A stretch of 64,000 nucleotides of DNA. Source: Naegleria gruberi (Eukaryota). Each line of letters opens with the position of its first letter. The first letter of the stretch is position 1. Of the stretch, positions 58,774 through 64,000 are shown piece after piece. The DNA is taken from NCBI GenBank assembly GCA_000004985.1, contig GG738867.1; one strand, given 5' to 3'. The position numbers and the translations under genes are program-made. The notes below the pieces were generated by a model. That model was not told where the DNA came from and ran no database searches. It worked only from the letters and a program-made list of their open reading frames with translations.

Positions 58774-60500
58774 CTACTTTGAAGTAGCACTGCTCTGACT
58801 GGTATAGTAGGTAATAGAATCCTTATTTGCAGTTTCCATTGATTCATCCTTCATTGATGAATATCCAGCGTTTTGATTAGTTAAAGATTCTGAAAGAGAG
58901 ACATCGAACTCCAAATCAGTGCTACCTCTTTTACAATAATAGAATGATCTAAATTCGTCGTTATTATATTCTGAATAAAACAATGCAATAGCAATTGAAA
59001 ACTCAAACACAACAAGCATGGTTCCAAAAAAAAGATACCAAACACCAATTACGTTTTCTAATGCTACAATTGAAATGAAAAATGATGCCATCAGTAACAG
59101 TAAAACTGAGACAAACACTACAAATTTGGAGTACTAATTCAAATTAAGTTAATGTTACAAATATCACTACTTACAAAAGTGTTATGTGTAATTTCAACAT
59201 CAGTCAATTTTTTCAAACTAATATTTGCCCAAATTGATGAAATAATAAATGCTAAATGATATTAATAATGAAAATTCTCAAAGCACTTACCAAGTGTTGA
59301 TAATAAAGACAGCACTGCCATAATAATATTATAAGCATTTCTAAAAATATTAACTACAGTGAAGAAAAATACAATTGGAATGACAAATCCAAAACCAATA
59401 GCAATTAAGAATAACACAGAGTGCACAATAATTGACTTAATGAGAATGCCTCTTATTTTTTGTATAGTCCACACTATTCTTATCCAGTAATGAACCCATG
59501 AAAATAATGCCATAATCAAAAAGCTTGGACTTGCTGTATTCAGAGTTCCAAATAGTCCTCTGGCTATTGCATAGTCAGATGGTAAAAAGGAAGCGACCCA
59601 AAAGCTAATATTAAATACGAGTAAATAAAATAGGCAATATAAACTAGTAGAAATAGGAAGGTACCTCTTGGTCTTGAAGCACTGTTTCATCTTTGGTAAG
59701 AAGACGAAAAATACAAAGCAAACCATTAAAATTGTCTCAAAAATAATGATAGCAAAATTAATTAAAGTCAAAAATTGATTCAATGCTAATTCTGTATCAC
59801 AATTGAATGCAAAAAATAAAAGTTCTGGGCATGTACAATAGTATGAGAAAGTTTCTGAACTGGAATATCCAGACAACACACTATTATTGATTACTAATGG
59901 AAACCCAAAATTATTTCTTCCACAATAAGTAATTGTTGAAGGAAATTGATTAATCATTAGATTAGCAACTGAATCTCTTGGATTACATTGTTGTAATAAG
60001 GTCCTTGTCTTAAATTCCTTTGCATGCTTACAGTATTGACACGAATTAATCCAATCATGTAATTGCAATCCTCCGTAAGAGGTTACTAAGCTCAAATCCT
60101 CCAAACCACTATCACACAATAAATCCACACATGTAATATTCAATATATTTTCCATATATTCCACTACCTGGCATGTGTCATACATTGGTGAAGACTGAAT
60201 CAACAGACGATTCCACATCGAATATGAAAACGGTGATGAAGCATCATACGTCTGTGCAACATAGGTAGAATTACAATAAAAATCAAGTGGAAATCGTTCA
60301 TTAGTTATCATGTTAGTATGATTAAAATATATCATTTCAATAGATGGATTCCTACAATTCTGAAAATATGCATATTGATATATTCCCGGAGCAGTAATTG
60401 TCGTCATATTGGATGCCGCCTCCACTTGTAAATTCATCATCATCATTAAAAGTAGTAAAATTGTGGAGGAGAAAATATGTTGTAGATAATTATCTTGCAT
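58774..60500 (-). CDS. 7TM receptor-like protein with a Cys-rich ectodomain (paralog C). Exons are 60500..59291 and 59117..58774; the intron is 173 nt.
   Basis: True ATG at 60500 with a cleavable-looking signal (ILLLLMMMMNLQVEAAS). HDWINSCQYCKHAKEFKTRT. Seven TM helices: five in exon 1 and two in the last exon. Splice G|GTAAGT...AAATTTGTAG|TG, phase 1. Confidence 0.55.
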
Positions 60501-60644
60501 TTTTTTTTAAATATTTTTAAAGAGGAGAGCGCAAACGTGTGATTTGAAAGATCTTTTGTAATTTTTAAATATTGTTATTCATATTAAGAATCAAATGATT
60601 ACAATGACATCTATTTTTAAAATCATCAAAAAAACAACTCGAAA

Positions 60645-61644
60645 ATGTTACAAGCCATTTATCGTATGTAAACACTTTTTCCGAATAATTGATGATTAAT
60701 ACTAATAATATTAATAATAATACTATTTAACATTATAAAGATGAACAACAAGAGGCTAGATTATGTGCCATGCACGCATTAAACAATCTCCTTCAGGGAT
60801 CTTACTTTTCCGAGGTTGATTTGATGGAATTGGCCAGACAACTCGATCAGAAGGAACGTTCTTTATTGGAGGGCAATGATTCAAAAAGTAGTCAGAATGT
60901 TAGTGATGAAGGTGATTTTAGTATTGGAGTAATTCAGGCTGCATTGGAAGTGTGGGGATTAACAACCATTCCAATAGGACATCCATCAATTACTTTATAT
61001 ACGAGGTTTGTTTTTTTAGTATTAATATACTATAATAATATATATTTAATATTTAAAAATACAATCATGTATTAATTGTATCGGAATTGATGAAAAATTA
61101 ATTTTGGAATTGATGATCAATTTTTATTTATTAATATTCGGAATTAAATAGAGAAAATCCGTGGAGTGAAAATGCATACATTTGTAATCATAGAGAACAT
61201 TGGTTTGTGTTTAGAAAATTCGGAAATCACTGGTTTAATTTAAATTCTACATTGGATGAGCCTGAATATCTCTCACAGACCTACATTTCACTTTTCATTG
61301 AACAATTGAAACAGGAAGGATATTCAATCTTTGCAGTGAGAGGTGAATTACCTCAATCTGAGGCTGAACTCTTATCAGCAACTTTTGATCCTAGCTCTAT
61401 TAAGAAGAAACCACCTAAAAAGAAGGAAAATTCGAATCCTATCGATTGGATTACTCGAATGCAGGAACAAATTTTGGGATCTCAACAAGAATCACAACAC
61501 GAAGGAATGGATGATGAAATGATGCAACAAGTATTGGCTCTCTCACGTCAAGATTTTCAACATGATTCTTCCACCACCACTAATCAAATGAATGATGACG
61601 ATGATTTGGAAGAAGCCATTCGAAAGAGTCTTCAAGAGCAATAA
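60645..61644 (+). CDS. Josephin-domain deubiquitinase (ataxin-3-like) with C-terminal UIMs. Exons are 60645..60663, 60740..61005 and 61152..61644.
   Basis: MLQAIY|HEQQEARLCAMHALNNLLQGSYFS... (compare ataxin-3 MESIFHEKQEGSLCAQHCLNNLLQGEYFS). ...ENAYICNHREHWFVFRKFGNHWFNLNSTL (compare ERSFICNYKEHWFTVRKLGKQWFNLNSLL). UIM-like MMQQVLALSRQD and LEEAIRKSLQEQ. Introns of 76 and 146 nt are in phase. Confidence 0.8.
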
Positions 61645-61939
61645 CACACTGTAAATAAACTCTGTAAATAACATGTTCACTCTCTTTATTCCACAGTTCA
61701 TTTCGAATACTCTTTCGTCCACATAAAATACTCCATTTTTGGCAACTACACTTTCACAAAATTTCAAAGCCTTCCTCCTCCAACAAGCCTTCATGTTAAA
61801 AAAGCCTATTCCTTACAAAAACTCACTAAAATACAACTCTCCAAACCTATAAATTGCGCCTCTCCACCAACACCTTGATTTTCCAACTCAAAACAAATAA
61901 CTCAAAATCAAATCTAAAACAAATCAAAAACTTCTAACA

Positions 61940-62998
61940 ATGTCTTCCATTGAACAACAAAATCCAACTCCACAAGAAGAACAAGTTGAACACTGCCTTG
62001 TTACTACCACTCATGATAATACTCATAATGATGCTGAATTGAATTCTTCCGAGATTAAAGGCTCATCCTCTACCACCCTTGATAGTGAGCAAGCTACTAC
62101 TGACGTTGAGGCTCAGGTTGTTGCTCCAACTCAATCAAGCCTTGATGAGGTTACTTCTAACAATTCTATGGAAACTTTGGCTGCTGAAACTTCATCCATG
62201 TTGACTAATGTTCCTACTAGCAGTGCTTCAGAGTCATTGGCTGAGATTAGTTGCACAACTTCTATGGAGGAAGAGGAGGCTGTGTCAGATGCTAGTATGG
62301 TTGCTGAAGTTGTTCCTACTCCAACTGGTAAGGGATATGCTTCTCTATTCGAAACTTGTGAGACACCAAAGGAATCTCCAAACAAGAGAGTCAGAGAAGT
62401 GGATCAAGATGATTCTGAAGAAACTAATGATAATACTCAAGAAGTTGCTGCTGAGGAATTTTCCACTCAATTAGAAGAACCTCAAGCAAAGAAAGTCAAA
62501 TCCAATGAAATTGAATCTTCCATGATTAGTGACACTGCCACTGATGGATCTGCAAACACAAGCTCTGTTACCATTTGTTGTGAAGAAGATGATGAAATTG
62601 AAGTTACTCTCGTTTATGAAGATAAGGAAAGAGCTCTCTCATTCTACAAGACTGTCTTTGAAGTTGAAGTCGTTAATCAACCAGAAGAAACTGAAACTAA
62701 ACCTGCCGAAGAAGGAAACTCTGTTGAGAATGGTCAATCCACAACATTTGTTGAACAAGAACCTGATGATGTCAAGATTAAGGGTTTCAAGCTCAATGCC
62801 AAACTTTCACCAAAGAAGAAAGTTCAACAATCAAGTTTGCCAAAAACTCCAAGAATTTTCATTCCATCTGAAAAGTTGCAATCAACATTGGAAAGAGTTA
62901 AGGGATTTGAAGGTGCCTGTGTCGAAGAATGTTTGGATTTCACTTGTATAACTTGTCCAGAAGGTAACAAGTTGACACTTGTCAAAATTGATGTCTAA
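61940..62998 (+). CDS. Acidic Ser/Thr/Glu-rich hypothetical protein with a Cys-containing C-terminus
   Basis: True ATG at 61940. Low-complexity acidic N-terminal two-thirds. C-terminal CVEECLDFTCITCPEG. Confidence 0.4.
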   Translation: MSSIEQQNPTPQEEQVEHCLVTTTHDNTHNDAELNSSEIKGSSSTTLDSEQATTDVEAQVVAPTQSSLDEVTSNNSMETLAAETSSMLTNVPTSSASESLAEISCTTSMEEEEAVSDASMVAEVVPTPTGKGYASLFETCETPKESPNKRVREVDQDDSEETNDNTQEVAAEEFSTQLEEPQAKKVKSNEIESSMISDTATDGSANTSSVTICCEEDDEIEVTLVYEDKERALSFYKTVFEVEVVNQPEETETKPAEEGNSVENGQSTTFVEQEPDDVKIKGFKLNAKLSPKKKVQQSSLPKTPRIFIPSEKLQSTLERVKGFEGACVEECLDFTCITCPEGNKLTLVKIDV

Positions 62999-63097
62999 AA
63001 CAATTATTACCTTAGATTTGTATATTATTAATATCTGTATTTCTGTAAATAAACATTAAATCTATTATTTATTTAATTTCAAACAAATTAGTTTCGT

Positions 63098-64000
63098 TTA
63101 TTTGGAACGAAGAATCTTTTTGAATTTGCCCTTCAAAATTCTTCTAAATGTTTTTCCACTAAATAGCTCTGCAAATATTACCAAACATAGAATTACCAAA
63201 AGATAAACACTCAATCCAATAAACCACTCAGAAGTTGCATAAATTCCGTGCACTCCAAAGTATAAATTCAAAATTCCAGCCAAAACAATAATTCTTCCTC
63301 CCCAAATATGGAAAAATGTTGAAATTTGTTTTGAAATCTTTTTAAAATTACTTGATTTTCTGAGGAATGATTCTTGTTCTGTTGATTTTCCATTTCCTGA
63401 CACCTGTTGACTATCTTTCTTTTTAAAGAATAAATGAAATACTGCTGTCAATGGTCCTGTCAACATTAATTGATATAATATCAATGCTAAAAATACAAAT
63501 AATCCAATCCACTTGTGAATACTATCAAAATGTCTATTCGTTGTCAGTGAACAAGCAACCAGTGATAAAATAAATGCAATGACAATGCAAACAACTCCAA
63601 CAATTGAGAGAACAATGTGAGTGGCAACTCCTTTGATTTTTGCAGAGAAACGAGCCGAATGTCTCACAGCCAACATGGATGCCACTAAAATTAATGAAAA
63701 TCCAATAATCATCAAGATTCCATGTGTAATTCTCAATCCCTGTAGTGTTACAGTTACAGGATAATAGTAAATACTTTGAAATTCAAACCAACCATATCCC
63801 ATATTCGAAAAAACAATATTCGAAAGTACATTCTCACCACTTGAAGTCCAAGTTGCAAAATTCAAAAACATAATTCCTCTCTCATTCTTTTTCGATGGTA
63901 AGAAAACATCATGTTCAACATCTGTCGTATTTTTCAATCTACTAAATTCAATAACTTTTACAATACATTTATCCTTTCCCACACAAGTCAACTCTTGATT
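63098..64000 (-). CDS. Multi-pass membrane protein, cytochrome b561/DOMON-like (ferric-reductase-type haem-binding TM core). It is 5'-partial: the ORF is open to the window edge.
   Basis: The ORF-track 'M' at 63991 is TTG and the frame continues off the window. Conserved His in consecutive TM helices (ITHGILMIIGF, AVRHSARF, ATHIVLSIVG, DSIHKWIGLF), as in b561-type di-haem proteins. Tentative. Confidence 0.4.
   Translation of the reverse strand, partial: NQELTCVGKDKCIVKVIEFSRLKNTTDVEHDVFLPSKKNERGIMFLNFATWTSSGENVLSNIVFSNMGYGWFEFQSIYYYPVTVTLQGLRITHGILMIIGFSLILVASMLAVRHSARFSAKIKGVATHIVLSIVGVVCIVIAFILSLVACSLTTNRHFDSIHKWIGLFVFLALILYQLMLTGPLTAVFHLFFKKKDSQQVSGNGKSTEQESFLRKSSNFKKISKQISTFFHIWGGRIIVLAGILNLYFGVHGIYATSEWFIGLSVYLLVILCLVIFAELFSGKTFRRILKGKFKKILRSK

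Overview
This window is AT-rich eukaryotic nuclear DNA (roughly 30% GC by eye). The gene set and compact layout look fungal or amoebozoan. Genes are densely packed and carry short spliceosomal introns of about 38-150 nt with GTAAGT/GTATGT/GTAATA donors and (Y)AG acceptors. I derived the exon junctions by hand from the sequence. The ORF track translates GTG/TTG as 'M', so several listed ORF starts are not real ATG starts and were re-evaluated.

Contents:
- About 30 protein-coding genes. Housekeeping: actin, eIF5A, SAR1, an ABCC transporter, a DHHC palmitoyltransferase, an Atg18/WIPI-like PROPPIN, a Josephin/ataxin-3-like deubiquitinase and a glutaredoxin+UBX protein. Signalling: two RhoGAPs, an NHL/EGF/TM receptor-like Ser/Thr kinase, a receptor-type cyclase-like protein, a tandem family of three 7TM receptor-like paralogs, several BTB and F-box/LRR proteins, and a P4H(2OG oxygenase)-F-box-actin-like fusion.
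- Two tRNAs on the minus strand: tRNA-Thr(AGU) and an intron-containing tRNA.
- Two near-identical dispersed 5S rRNA genes in opposite orientation.
- One non-LTR (LINE) retrotransposon with APE endonuclease+RT and a CCHC tail, flanked by an exact 15-bp target-site duplication and containing a 40-N assembly gap. A related solo 3'-end fragment lies elsewhere in the window.
- Several microsatellites.

Notable oddities:
- Four apparent 1-nt frameshifts inside otherwise well-conserved domains, suggesting indel errors or pseudogenes.
- The LINE insertion abuts a gene start codon.
- A GC-rich inverted-repeat pair sits about 900 bp apart in an otherwise AT-rich spacer.
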